This document shows positions 27,715-41,949 of a stretch of 64,000 bases of DNA, one piece after another. This stretch comes from the human T2T-CHM13v2.0 reference genome, Homo sapiens: NCBI RefSeq assembly GCF_009914755.1, contig NC_060937.1. One strand, given 5' to 3'. The stretch's first letter is position 1. Each line of letters starts with the position of its first letter. The position numbers and the translations under genes are program-made. The notes beneath the pieces were generated by a model that was not told the DNA's origin, ran no database searches, and was given only the letters and a program-made list of their open reading frames with translations.

Positions 27715-28935
27715 TTCTCTTAAAAAAATTTGTATTAATTTTTAAATTGTAAAAAAATTCATCAACTTAACCATTTTTATGTATAGAGTTCAGGAGTATT
27801 AGGTATATTCACTTGTGCAGCAGATCTCTAGAACTTTTTTCATCTTGCAAAACTGAAACTCTGTACCCATTAAACAACCACTTCCCATTTTCCTCTCCCC
27901 CAGCTTCTGGCAACCATTCTAGTTTCTGTTTCTTTTCTTTTTTTTTCTTTTGAGATGGAGTCTCTGTCGCCCAGGCTGGAGTGTAGTGGCGTGATCTCGG
28001 CTCGCTGCAACTTCTGCCTGCGGGTTCAAGCAGTTCTCCTCCCTCAGCCTCCTGAGTAGCTGGGACTACAGGGGTGCACCACCATGCCTGGCTAATTTTT
28101 TTTTTTTTTGTATTTTTAGTAGAGACGGGGGTTTCACCATGTTGGCCAGGCTGGTCTCGAACTCCTGACCTCAGGTGTTCTGCCTGCCTCAGCCTCCCAA
28201 AGTGCTGGGATTACAGGCTTGAGCCACTGTACCCGGCCTCTAGTTTATGTTTCTATGAATCAGACTCAGTACCTCATATAAACGGAATCATACAGTATTT
28301 GCCTTTTTTGTGACTGGCTTATTTCACTTGGCATAATGGCCTCAAGATTCATCCATGTTGTAGCATGGATGAATATACAGTTAGGAGTTCCTTTTCTTTT
28401 TTAAGTCTTAATCTCCAGTTTATTTCTGTTTATTTATTTATTTTATTATACTTTAAGTTCTGGGATACATGTGCAGAACGTGCAGGCTTGTTACATAGGT
28501 ATACACGTGCCATGGTGGTTTGTTGCACCTGTCAGCCTGTCATCTACGTTAGGTATTTCTCCTAATGCTATCCCTCCCCTAGCCCCCTACCCGCCGACAG
28601 GCCCCGGTGTGTGATGTTCCCCTCTCTGTGTCCGTGTGTTCTCATTGTTCAGCTCCCACTTACGAGTGAGAACATGCGGTGTTTGGTTTTCTGTTCCTGT
28701 GTTAGTTTGCTGAGAATGATGGTTTCCAGCTTCATCCATGTCTCTGCAAAGGACATGAGGAGTTTCTTACTTTTAAGGTTGAGTAATATTCCACATTATG
28801 TGTATGCCACATTTTCTTTATCCATTCACCTATCTGCAGATGTTTGAGTTGCTTTCACTTTTTGGGAATTGTGAATAATGCTGCAGTGAATGTGGGTGTG
28901 CAGGTACCTTTTCAAGATTCTGCTTTTGAGTTTTT
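27715..28935 (-). mobile_element. Old L1M 3' fragment with nested Alu (~27927-28238) and L1PA 3' end (~28437-28758)
   Basis: L1M 3'UTR motifs (aactgaaactctgtacccattaaacaa). L1PA terminus ttattatactttaagttctggg. Confidence 0.8.
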
Positions 28936-29264
28936 TTTGGATACGTACCTTTTTATGATGCTTTAAATACATATATGCTATTTTTAAAGGATTCTCAGTT
29001 TTCTGACATATGATAGGACTTAGGAAGTAATCTCAAAGCATCATGTTGACAGGTTGTTAGTTGATGGTGACTGCAGCTAGTTGGAAAGTCAGAAGAATCT
29101 AGAACTTGTCCATTTATACTAAAGAATTTCATAGTAAGTGCAGTATTATGAGTGTAATGTTCAATTGGTAGAAGAGGCTATCTGAGGGGATTTAGTGCAT
29201 TTCAGTTATCTGTTGGTGTGAAACGAATCACCTTGAAACTTAGTTGCTCAAAAATTTTAATGGT

Positions 29265-29538
29265 GGCTGGGCATGGTGGCTCACATCTGGAACTCCAGCA
29301 CTTTGGGAGGCCGAGGCAGGCAGATTGCTTGAACCCAGGAGTTTGAGAGCAGCCTGGGCAACGTGGTGAAACCTTGTCTCTACAGAAAATACCGTGGCAG
29401 GCGCCTTTAGCACCAGCTACTTGGGAGGCTAAGGTTGTAGGATCTCTTGATCCCAGGAGGCAGAGGTTGCAGTGAGCTGGGATCGTGCCACTATACTCCA
29501 GCCTGGATAACAGAGCCAGACCCTGTCTCAAAAAAAAA
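29265..29538 (+). mobile_element. AluJ-like
   Basis: TSD aaaattttaatgg. Confidence 0.85.
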
Positions 29539-30001
29539 TTTTAATGGCTCCATTTATTATTTCACATGATTATGTGAGTTGACTAGGGAATTCTTACACA
29601 TCACACCATGTCAGCTGGGACAGCTGAAATGTCCACATGGCTGGCAGTTGGTACTAGCTGCTAGCTGGCAGTTGAGTTCAAATAGTCAGCCAGGGGTCTC
29701 AGTTATTTTCCATGAGGTTCTCTCCATGAGGCCAGCTGGGCTCTTCACAGTGTGATAGCTGGGACTAAGAAGGAGTGTTCCAGAAGAAGGGCTTGTCCTC
29801 TTGAGCCAGTGCTTATCAGGCCTCTATGTATATCATGTGTGCTAATGTTCCATCAAAGCTAGTCACAGGGCCAAGCCAACTCTGTACAGTGTAGGGACTG
29901 GCTGCAGGAGGGCATGAATTACCAGGAGGTGTAGTTCTCTAGTTCATAGGGAGGGCCATCAAGATAGTAGTCTACCATACTTGTGTAAAAGAAGGCATTA
30001 A

Positions 30002-30202
<201 letters not shown>

Positions 30203-30877
30203 TAAAAGCAGACCTTTAGTGTAGAGGGTTCTTGAATTTGTTATTTAAAATATTCTGGTAGTTTTTAAACTTAGGAAAGACCCACTGATTCTTTTAGTGA
30301 TATGTTTACATTGTTGTTATTTGGCATAAATTGTGTTAATGCACAGTAAGATTTCATGAAGTCATTAAAATTCAGCCACTTGGACTCTAAACCCAATAAA
30401 GATGTAAAACAGCAGTGCTATGAGATGCATATTCAGTTTCAAAATATAGGAAACACAGAAATTACTCTGTGCACTTTTAATTTGAAAATACTTTTAAAAT
30501 GTGTAGTATAATGTAGTGTCTGTCCCAAAAGAGTAACATTCATTATAGTGTTTCTTTACGTTGTTGAAAATTTTAAATTCACTTAACATTAGATTTTTAT
30601 TAAAGCAAAAATATGTTTTCCTTATTAGCTTACCCTTTTGTAACTCAGATTAAACCCTTGATTGTTCAAATTAACCTGAAAAAAATTATTCTTTTGGAGG
30701 CCAAACTTTTGATTAAGTAGTTGTTTGTCTCTAATTTTTTCAAATTTATGTGTATAAATATAACCTGTCATCAAATCAATGCTAACATTCTATACATGTT
30801 TTTCATGATATGAAAACTATAAAACATGAAGTTATTTGAATTTGTGTAGTTTTTATCATTTTATTTTTACTTTCCAG

Positions 30878-31517
30878 TGCATCTATCCTTTGGGCTCTAA
30901 ATCACTTAATAACCTAATTTCTCCTGATTTGGAAGAATGTCACACTCCACATAAGCCTCAGAAAAGGAAGAGCTTAGAAAGCAGCTATAAGGATTCACTT
31001 CTTTTAGCAAATTCCAAAAAGACTAGAAATTATATTGCTATTGACGGTGGAAAAGTTTTGAACAGCAAACATAATGGAGAAGTATATGACGAAACCTCGT
31101 CAAACTTACCTGATAGTAGTGGTCAACAGAATCCAATTAGGACAGCTGATTCCTTGGAGCGGAATGAGATTTTGGAAGCTGATACTGTTGACATGGCTAC
31201 TACAAAAGATCCTGCTACAGTTGATGTCTCTGGAACTGGCAGACCTTCCCCTCAAAATGAAGGATGTACATCTAAACTGGAAATGCCACTGGAGAGCAAA
31301 TGTACATCATTTCCCCAGGCTTTATGTGTCCAGTGGAAAAATGCTTATGCTCTCTGTTGGTTAGACTGTATCCTGTCAGCTTTGGTGCACTCGGAAGAGT
31401 TAAAGAACACCGTGACTGGACTGTGCTCGAAGGAGGAATCTATATTCTGGCGGTTGCTTACAAAATATAATCAAGCAAATACACTTCTATATACCAGTCA
31501 ATTGAGTGGTGTTAAAG
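30878..31517 (+). CDS. USPL1: USPL1 exon 4, aa 77-289, contains catalytic Cys236 (31355-31357)
   Basis: tttccag|TGC ... AAAG|gttggt, 640 nt. Matches ORF 30836-31528 and has the Cys-box-like WKNAYALCWLDCILSAL. Confidence 0.97.
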
Positions 31518-31529
31518 GTTGGTACTAAT

Positions 31530-31833
31530 ATTTTATTTTTATTTACTTATTTATTCATCTGGAGTCAGGGTCTCATTCTGTCACCCAGGCTGGAGTGCAG
31601 TGGCATGATCATGTCTCCTTGCAGCCTTGACTTCCCTGGCTCAGGTGGGCCTCCCACCTCAGTCTCCCAAGTAGCTGGAACTACAGTCGTGCACCACCAT
31701 AGCCAGCTAAGATAGTGAGATGGTGGCCCCACTGTCTTGCCCAGGCTGGACTCGATTTCCTGGGTGCAAGCACCCTTCCCGCCTCAGCCTCCCAAAGTGC
31801 TGGGATTACAGGCATGAGTCACCATTCCAGCCT
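31530..31833 (-). mobile_element. AluJ-like immediately after the exon 4 donor
   Basis: T-rich tail begins ~13 nt into intron 4. Confidence 0.85.
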
Positions 31834-32004
31834 ACTTGTCTTTAATTCTTAAAAATATTAATGTTGAGTTTTGTCTCCCAGCATGTGGGAAAGATGTCAT
31901 CCATTGCTTCTGTTTCCTGGAGGCCTGGGAGCAAGGAGCCCAGGAACAGTATCACGAAGCTTGAGATAATACCAGTTACATTATCCTGACTGCCCAAAAG
32001 GCAG

Positions 32005-32754
<750 letters not shown>

Positions 32755-33131
32755 TAGGCAGTCTTTTTCAAAACTCTAAGACTGTGCTTGTGTCTCAGGG
32801 TGTCAGGATAATAGTGGTTAGTTTTAAGTGTTTAAACTACTGAAAAGCAGAATGAAGAAGTGAGTAAAAATCACCCATAATCACACAACCTCCTAAGATC
32901 TCTTGGCACAATAAGGGATATGTTTTTCATTTTATTCTCTGTAAAATAGGATACTTATGAACCCACCTCCCAACACAGGAAGAATTAAAACATTCCCAAT
33001 AACTTACATTTACCTATGCGTTTCCTCCCATCCCATTCTCTACCTCCCCCCATAAGTAATCATTATCTGAAATGTGTTTCATCATTCCATCTTTTCTTAG
33101 TTTTTCTTACATGTGTTTATCTAAACAGTAT

Positions 33132-34505
33132 ACAGTAGTCTCCCCTTATTGTAGTTGTACTTTTCTTGGTTTCATTTAACCCGAGGTCTGAAAGTAGATG
33201 AGTATAGTACAGTAATATATTTTGAGAGAGAGGGAGACCACATTCACATAACTTTCATTACAGCATATTGTTATAATTGTTGTATTTTATTATTAGTTTT
33301 AATCTTACTATGCCTAATTATAAAACTTGATCATAGGTATGTAGTTATAGGAAAAAGCATAATATATAAAATGTTTAGTTACTATCCAAGGTTTTAGGCA
33401 TCCACTGGGGTCTTGGAAGGTATCCCTCTCAGATAATGGGGGATGGATGGTACTGAACCCTGTATATACAATGTTTTTCCCTATACATACATAATTATGA
33501 TCAAGTTTAATTAAGAGTAAATTAAATGTGGGCCAGGTGCAGTGGCTCACATCTGTAATCCCAGCACTTTAGGAAGCTGAAGCGGGCAGATCTCATGAGG
33601 TCAAGAGTTCGAGACCAGCCTGGCCAACATGGTGAAACCCCATCTCTACTAAAAAATACAAAAATTGGCTGGCTATGGTGGCACACGCCTGTAGTCACAG
33701 CTACTCTGGGAGGTTGAGGCAGGAGAATTGCTTGAACCCAGGAGGTGGAAGTTGAACAATCACTTGAACCTGGGATCACGCCACTGCACTCCAACCTGCC
33801 TGGGTGATAGAATGAGACTCTGTCTCAAAAAAAAAAAAAAAAAAAAAAAAAGTAAAGTAAATGTGGCTCAACATGTTGCTGTCAGTTGGAACATTTGTTT
33901 CTGATCGTGTCTTCCACCCACAAATTGAATGCTTTTTCCATCTTAACACTTATCAGGCACTGTGGCCATAACTTGAGCAGTTGAGATGCAACAGCAAAAT
34001 TAGCACAAATTTCTTTTTCTTTCTTCGCAGTTTCATGGATAAGAGATTTGTTCTTAGATCTCAGCAACCTCAGCATATGATTTTTTTCTTTAAGTTGAGA
34101 ACTTTGACCTTTTTACTTAGAGAAGCATTTTACAGCTTCTCTTTGGCATATCTGAATTGCCAGCATTACTATGCTCGTGCTTTGGGGCCATTATTAAGTC
34201 AAATAAGGGTTGCTTGAACACAAGCACTGCAATACCATGGCAATAGATCGCATCACCAAGATGGCTGCTAAGTGAACCACAGGCAGGAGTGTAGACAGCA
34301 TGGACACATTAGACGAAGGGAAGATTCACGTTGCCAGTGGAACACAGCAGGACAGCAAGAGAGTTCATGATGCTACTCAGAATGGCATGAAATTTAAAGC
34401 TTATAAATTGTTTCTGGAATTTTCCGCTTAATATTTTCAGACCACGGTTGAGTTCAGGTAACTGAAACCATAGGAAGCAAAACACGGATGAAGAGGGACC
34501 ACTTT
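33132..34505. mobile_element. Tigger-family (MER44/Tigger7-like) pieces in opposing orientation, with an Alu at ~33530-33851
   Basis: Terminus cagtagtctcccctta. The minus-strand ORF 33882-34076 (KKEKEICANFAVA...KMEKAFNLWVED) looks like a degraded pogo/CENP-B-type transposase HTH. Confidence 0.7.
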
Positions 34506-36804
34506 GTATTGCCTAATTTAGTTTGTTTTGATCTTCTGGGACCTTTTTTTCTTGTTGTAAAAATTTATGGGGCTGTTTATAGTTGTGGCTCATTGATTTT
34601 TCATTGCTACATAATACTTCCATTTTGTAAATATAACAGAATATTCATCTACCTGTCAGTGGACAGTGGGGTTTTTTTGCCATTATAAATGCTGCTGCTG
34701 TGACCATTTGGGGGGCAAGTCTCCTGGGGCACAGTATGAGTTTCCCTTCTGTATAACAAAGGAATGGAAAATTATAGACTTTCGTGTCCAAATTTACAAG
34801 ATAATGACAATTGTTTTCCAAAGTGGTTGTACCAAGCAATTCTCCCATTAATAGTGTATATAAGAGGTCTTCCTGATCCATATATTCTTCTTGGTTTATT
34901 TTCACACTTTTGAGATTTTTGCTATTTGAGTGGTATAAAATGGTCTGTGATCTTGATTTGCCGTTTCCACATTTTGAAGAGGTTGTCGGCTCTATGTGTA
35001 TATATTGCTCATATTTGTTCCCTCTTCTGTGAAATGCCTTTTGTATCTTATCCCTATTTGTTCTGTTCTGTTGATTGTCACGTTTTAATTGATTTGTATG
35101 AGTTTGTTCCTTGTATCATTGTTGCTAGAGTTACATCAGATGTGTTGCTGAATCTGCTCCCAGTTTGCAGCTTGTGTTTTTACTTTTTAAAAACTGTCTT
35201 GATTTATAGGGAAGTCTTTATCTTTTCATTTGGAGCTAGTAATGTTTGTGGCTTTTTAAAGAAATTATTACTATTCCCAAGGTCAGAAAATCATTCACCT
35301 ATATTTTAACTGAAAAGTTATAAAGTTTTGCTTTTGACATTGAAATTTCTCATTCAGTTGGAATTCATATTGATGTGTGGTATGAGGTAAGGATCCATTT
35401 TTTTCCCATTTGCATAGCCAGTTTTTGTAGCTCCACTTTATTTTCTCACTTGATCTGCCATGCCACCTCTAGCATGTATCAACATATCATGTATGTGTGC
35501 AGCTGTTCCTTAACTCTCAATTTTATTCTCTTGGTTACTTTGTCTAACCCAGCACTCATACTTTTTAAATTATTACGGCTACCTTGTAGGGCAAGAATCC
35601 TCACTTTTATTCAACTTCTTTTGAAGTGTCTTGATGCATATTTTTTCTGATCTTACTTGGCCATATATATTTTGGGGACAGATGTGACATCATACCAAGC
35701 TTTCTTTGCTTGACATTGTAGATATTTTCTTATTCATTAATGTGCTAAAAATTTTGAGTTTGGTCATACAGTCTTTTATATGGATCTTATACATCGTTTC
35801 CCTCTTGTTAACCATTCAGGCTGTTACTAGTTTTTGCTGTTGTGAATTAACACCAGGACAAATATCCATATATCTTTTGAATTCATTACTGACTAGTTTC
35901 CTAGGAAAGATATTAGAATATGAATATTAAAGGTCTTGCTGAATACAGTTTTCAGAATGGTTGTACCAATATATAATTCCATTTTCATTATGTAGAAAAA
36001 ATACCTCAGTGTTTTCTAACCACCTTTGGTTAGAACATTCAAGACGTTATGGTTTTGTTAGGTAAGAAATATTTTGTTTCAGTGTAGGTTTTCTTTGAGA
36101 CTGAACTTTTTTGTGTGTGTCAGTCATTTACAGTTTTTTGCAATTTTTAAAATTCAGTTTCTCACAAGCATTTTGCCTTTGACTTTTCTTCTATTTCTGC
36201 TTTCTCTAATTACAGAAACCCCAGTGTTAAGTAGGTGACAGTTCAGTTGTTTGCTGCAGAAGAGCAGCAGTTCAATATTGGAATTAACTTTAATTTTATG
36301 TTTTTAATCTGTTACTAATTTTTTACAGAATAATTGTAGTTTTTATAATCTGGTTAATTATATGTTTGAGCTGCATTACTTTGCAATGTAAGTTTTTTTT
36401 TTTGGCATGGTCAAATAACAAAAATTCTGGTTAATGCTTATTTCATATTACAGGAGAATCCAGATATTTCATTAGGGAAACATATAAGCAGAGTGTGATC
36501 AGGCTGTATGAATTATTTATAAGAGATGTGAGTGAAAAGATCTATTTGTAGCTTAAGAGTAAGTAGAGTCAGATGCATGTAGAGTCTTTTATTCAAAATA
36601 ATTTTCTTATTAATCTTGGATAGTTTCTTGTCACAGTAATTCCATTTTGAAGATAATAAATATTACCATAAAGAAGTGATCAAAAACATAGATATGTGTG
36701 CCCAAAGGTATTTATCACAATAGTATTTATAATAGTGAAAAAAGAAACAACTAAAATGTCTGGCAATAGGAGAATGATTAATAAAGCGATGTTTCAGCTG
36801 AATA

Positions 36805-37208
36805 TAGTGGCATGCGCCTGTAAGCCCAGCTACTCAGGAGGTTGAGGCTGCAAGATGGCTTGAGCCCAGGAGTTAATGACCAGCCCAGGCAACATAGCAA
36901 GACCCTGTCTCCAAACACACAAACACACACACAAGTGCTATGTTTCAGTCACTGTATAATAACTAGCCAGATTTTTTGTTGTTGTTGTTTTGTTTTTGTT
37001 TTTGTTTTTTGAGAGAGCATCTCACTTGCCCAGGCTGGAGTGCAGTAGTACAATCACAGCTCACTGCAGCTTGTAGAACCCTAACCCTCCTGGGCTCAAA
37101 TGATCCTCCCACCTCAGCCTCCTGAGTAGCTGGGACTACGGGTGGGTACCACCATACCCAGCTTTTTTTCTAAGAGATAGGGGTTTCACTATGTTGCCCA
37201 GGCTGGTC
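36805..37208. mobile_element. Alu monomer (+) followed by AluJ fragment (-)
   Basis: Tail-to-tail arrangement about 40 nt apart. Confidence 0.75.
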
Positions 37209-37786
37209 AGTTTTTAATGAAGCACATTTGTGTAGACAAAGCAGGATGTGGAACCGGATAAACACTATGTTGCCACTGAAGACCCCTTCAAACCCCTCAA
37301 AAATGACATAGAAGGGAAATATGAGATATTAGTTTGGGAAATAATTGTAACTTTATTAAGACTCCTTATAAATTTATCTGTTCCTATGACCTGGCTAAGT
37401 TCAATAAAAGTTACACAGAGTGGAATAAATGGTTAGACATCATTTGTAGTATAAGTAATTGCACATAAGGAGGTAACTTTAGCTGTTTTAGAGATAGACA
37501 TAGTATCTGAAAGGTTAGTTATTTTACTAGACCTGTGATTATTTGGGTGAGAAAGGCTTTCACTGAGATTTTACCCATTCAGTAAGTACTAATGATATTG
37601 TGCTGATAGCATATATTAAGGGAATATATGGTATACCACAGAGAAAGAATTAAGGAAATTTTGTGTTTTGCTTTTTGTCTGTTTGCAAAACTTACTGACT
37701 CAGCTTTCATTCTTGGGAATGTGTCAGTTTTCTGTGGGAAGATATACATTGATGAGGAATTGATAATGTTCTCTGTATTTTCTTAG

Positions 37787-37900
37787 ATGGAGATTGTAAA
37801 AAACTTACCTCAGAAATATTTGCAGAGATAGAGACCTGTCTGAATGAAGTTAGAGATGAAATTTTTATTAGCCTTCAGCCCCAGCTTAGATGCACATTAG
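37787..37900 (+). CDS. USPL1: USPL1 exon 5
   Basis: tcttag|AT ... TTAG|gtaagt, 114 nt. Encodes DGDCKKLTSEIFAEIETCLNEVRDEIFISLQPQLRCTL, in frame with its neighbours. Confidence 0.95.
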
Positions 37901-37910
37901 GTAAGTAATT

Positions 37911-38340
37911 GGTAAAACTTACTTGTATTATACTCATCTACCATATAGAAATATGTACCTCATAAGGAAATATAATACTGTTTGATTACCTTGGATGATC
38001 ATATTCTTGGGAGAGAGAATCTGAGTAGTTTGACTTAGGAATCTACCACTGGGTAAGTTATTGTAGGGCAGAGCTGTTCCATATAAATATGTAGGCTGGT
38101 GTTCCACCTCTTGAGAGTGGGTGCAGTTCTCAGAACCAGGAGAATTTTAGGGGGCATATCATTAGTTGCTTCTCTAGTACGTTTCCTAGTAGACAGATCT
38201 AGCATTTTTAACCTCAATTGTGCATTAAAAAGCACCGAGGGAATTTAAAAGTAAATGCCAATGCTGGGGCATTTGAATTAGGATCTCAGGGATGGGGCTC
38301 AGGAAATCAGTAATTTTTAGAAACCCCACATGATTGTTAT
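37911..38340 (+). repeat. Copy 1 of a ~430-bp direct intronic duplication
   Basis: Aligns by eye (~95%) with 40859-41290. Confidence 0.95.
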
Positions 38341-38978
38341 ATGTACCCAGGGTTTAGAATCTCATCTAAACCAACCATAGTAATTCTACTTCCCTACCAG
38401 TGATTGGTTTAGGAATGTCCTTGTGGTAGAGTTTTGGCCAGTGGATATTAAGAGAAATATGCTGATGGCCTTTTGGGAAAGCTTCCTCGCCTTTAGAAAG
38501 GGCACAAGGATGGGACCTCTTTGTTCTCTGTGACTTGGTTTTTGGCCTGTGGGAGTGGCGTGCAGCAAGTGAGCTAGAGAGTCTGTCCAAACCTTTCTAA
38601 ATTTTTTTAGTATTGCGAAAAGGAGCTGCGGGGTTTTTTTGTTTGTTTTTGTTTTGAAAGGGCTTTTTGTTTTATTTTTCTTGTATCCTTGTATTAACTC
38701 TTCTATTAATGTTATAGTAGCAGAATATGATACTCCCTATTAGTAATAACCCATATTATGTAAAATATCAGTGCCTTCTAGTTTTTCTCTCAATGAGTGA
38801 CATTTAACTTATATTAAAAAATGATATTTATATTTTATAATAAAATCAGTTGTTGCTACTGATTTGTCTAGCATGTACAAAAGACACCATGCTTCCAGAT
38901 CATTATAAAATATGATATTTTATAATATATTTACAATATATTTATAACATATTTATATACTTAGAATATATTTTATAA

Positions 38979-39425
<447 letters not shown>

Positions 39426-40449
39426 TTATTAAAATTAATATATAATAGTTGTATATCTGCTTTATTTTTCATGGACTTATACATACATATTTATTCTGTT
39501 CTTATAAAAGTCTGATTTTTCGTATGCCAAATTTCTGACATTTCCTCCTCTAGGCCTGAAGAACTGTTGTAATTTATGCATCAGATAGGCCCTCAGATGG
39601 AATGAATATTCTTTTTTCTTTATATCAAGGTGTAATTTACATATAGTAAGACCGTTTTTAAGTGTGTACAGCTCTGTAACCCTCACTACAATCAAGATAT
39701 AGGACTCTGTCACTCTAAAACTTCTCACCAGGTTCATCACCCCCAGCCACTGATCTGTTGAGCGAATACTCATTTCAAAGGAGCTTTTTCCGTAAGATCC
39801 CTAGAGTTTAGATGGAAGGGCTTTCGTGGTGCATTTAGCAGATACCATTTCCCTTCTAGACTCCCTACTTCAGTTCCCAGTTGAATTAAAGAATGGTTTC
39901 TCCCCCAGCCTGAGTCACTACCCTTCTTATCCCTGATAATTATTTTTGGAACAAAGTTACATCTTTTGCTCCACCTCCGCCATGGGCCTGGTTTTCTATG
40001 TAACAGAAGGAATTTTTAAATTATTGTTTTGTGTAATCATAATAATTGGGCAAGCATACAGCTCTTTTCAGTGCAGGAGGATTCCTCTCTTGTTTTACTG
40101 CCCATTCAAGGATAGGTGCTATATTTTAGCTTAAGATCTTACTAATGAAATGCTCTGTAATCATATAACTTATTTAAAGATGTGTTTTGAGCTCTTTCAT
40201 AATATTTTAATTCATGGAGAACTTTATGTATTTTAGACCTGAAGATTTTATATTGTCATTATGAAATGTAAATTGTTTGCTTTTTCAGTTAATATATAGT
40301 TACAATAGAATACGGATTTAAAGGCTGATAATGAATTACAAAATTGTGCTATATGACATACTGTTTATGCATACAGTGTTGCATATTTTCATTTCTAGGA
40401 TATTGATTTGTATTTCTACTTACAAAAAAACTTTTTAAAACTTATTTTA

Positions 40450-40756
<307 letters not shown>

Positions 40757-40858
40757 TTAATGTTTTTGTTCAAAAGTAGCAGTGAGACTATCCCGCAAAG
40801 GTGACTACTAAAATAGCCTTTGTAACTACTGATATTTATAGAATATGCTTAGGGTTAG

Positions 40859-41290
40859 GGTATAACTCGCTTGTATTATACTCATCTACCATGTAGAAAT
40901 ATGTACATCATAAGGAAATATAATACTGTTTGATTACCTTGGATGATCATATTCTTGGGAGAGAGAATCTGAGTAGTTTGACTTAGGAATCTACCACTGG
41001 GTAAGTTATTGTAGGGCAGAGCTGTTCCATATAAATATGTAGGCTGGTGTTCCACCTCTTGAGAGTGGGTGCAGTTCTCAGAACCGGGAGAATATTTAGG
41101 GGACATATTGTTAGTTGCTTCTCTAGTACTTTTCCCAGTAGACAGATCTAGCATTTTTAACCTCAATTGTGCATTAAAAAGCACCGAGGGAATTTAAAAG
41201 TAAATACCAATCATAGGGACATTTGAATTAGGATCTCAGGGAAGGGGCTCAGGAAATCAGTAATTTTTAGAAACCCCACATGATTGTTAT
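40859..41290 (+). repeat. Copy 2 of the ~430-bp duplication
   Basis: Same sequence as 37911-38340, flanked by TGCTTAGG on both sides. Confidence 0.95.
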
Positions 41291-41336
41291 TGCTTAGGTA
41301 ATAACACCTACTGTCTACCTTGTGGTCCTGCCAAGG

Positions 41337-41542
41337 TGACTGTTCCTGGCCATGTTCCAGGCAACTGTAGTTCCAGGCTAGGGGGAGAACTGGACCATGG
41401 AAGTGAGGCTCTGTCCAGGGTAGGGGAAGGGATGGAAGGTGACTGTTCCTGGCCATGTTCCAGGCAACTGTAGTTCCAGGCTAGGGGGAGAACTGGACCA
41501 TGGAAGTGAGGCTCTGTGCAGGGTAGGGGAAGGGATGGAAGG
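41337..41542. repeat. 103-bp tandem duplication, one mismatch
   Basis: 41337-41439 equals 41440-41542 except ctgtCcagg versus ctgtGcagg. Confidence 0.97.
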
Positions 41543-41949
41543 ACTCAGTCTCTTGGGCCAAATCGGTAAGGCAGCATCTAAGCTCCTCTGAGAATAGGAA
41601 GGAGAGCAACCAATTGGAAAAAGAATGGGAAACATGTAGATTCTCCTGCTTACCTTACTTTCCAGTCTCAAAGCTGGAAGCCAGCATTCACTGTTCAGTT
41701 ATTTTCAATGACAACAAGATTCAAATCTTCAGTTGTAAAGTTGTTAAAGGAAAGGATTAGACTGAAAAGTTAAGAAGAACAGTAGATGAAGAGTCCAAAG
41801 AGTTGAGGCTGGTCATTTAACCATTGTGTGGCCACGCCCTCTCCACAGGTGGAACAAGATGATCAGAATAGAAATGGCCAATTCTGATGTGTTTCTACAG
41901 TGTTTCACTGATTACATTTTTTAACATCTGTAGCAAACCATTTCCATAA

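Noticed and set aside
30836-31528. Stand-alone 230-aa protein
   Set aside because: It is USPL1 exon 4 plus intronic flanks. The listed start is not an ATG, and splice sites define the real boundaries.
33882-34076. Transposase-like ORF as a domesticated gene
   Set aside because: Short, degraded Tigger remnant with no catalytic domain and no splice support.
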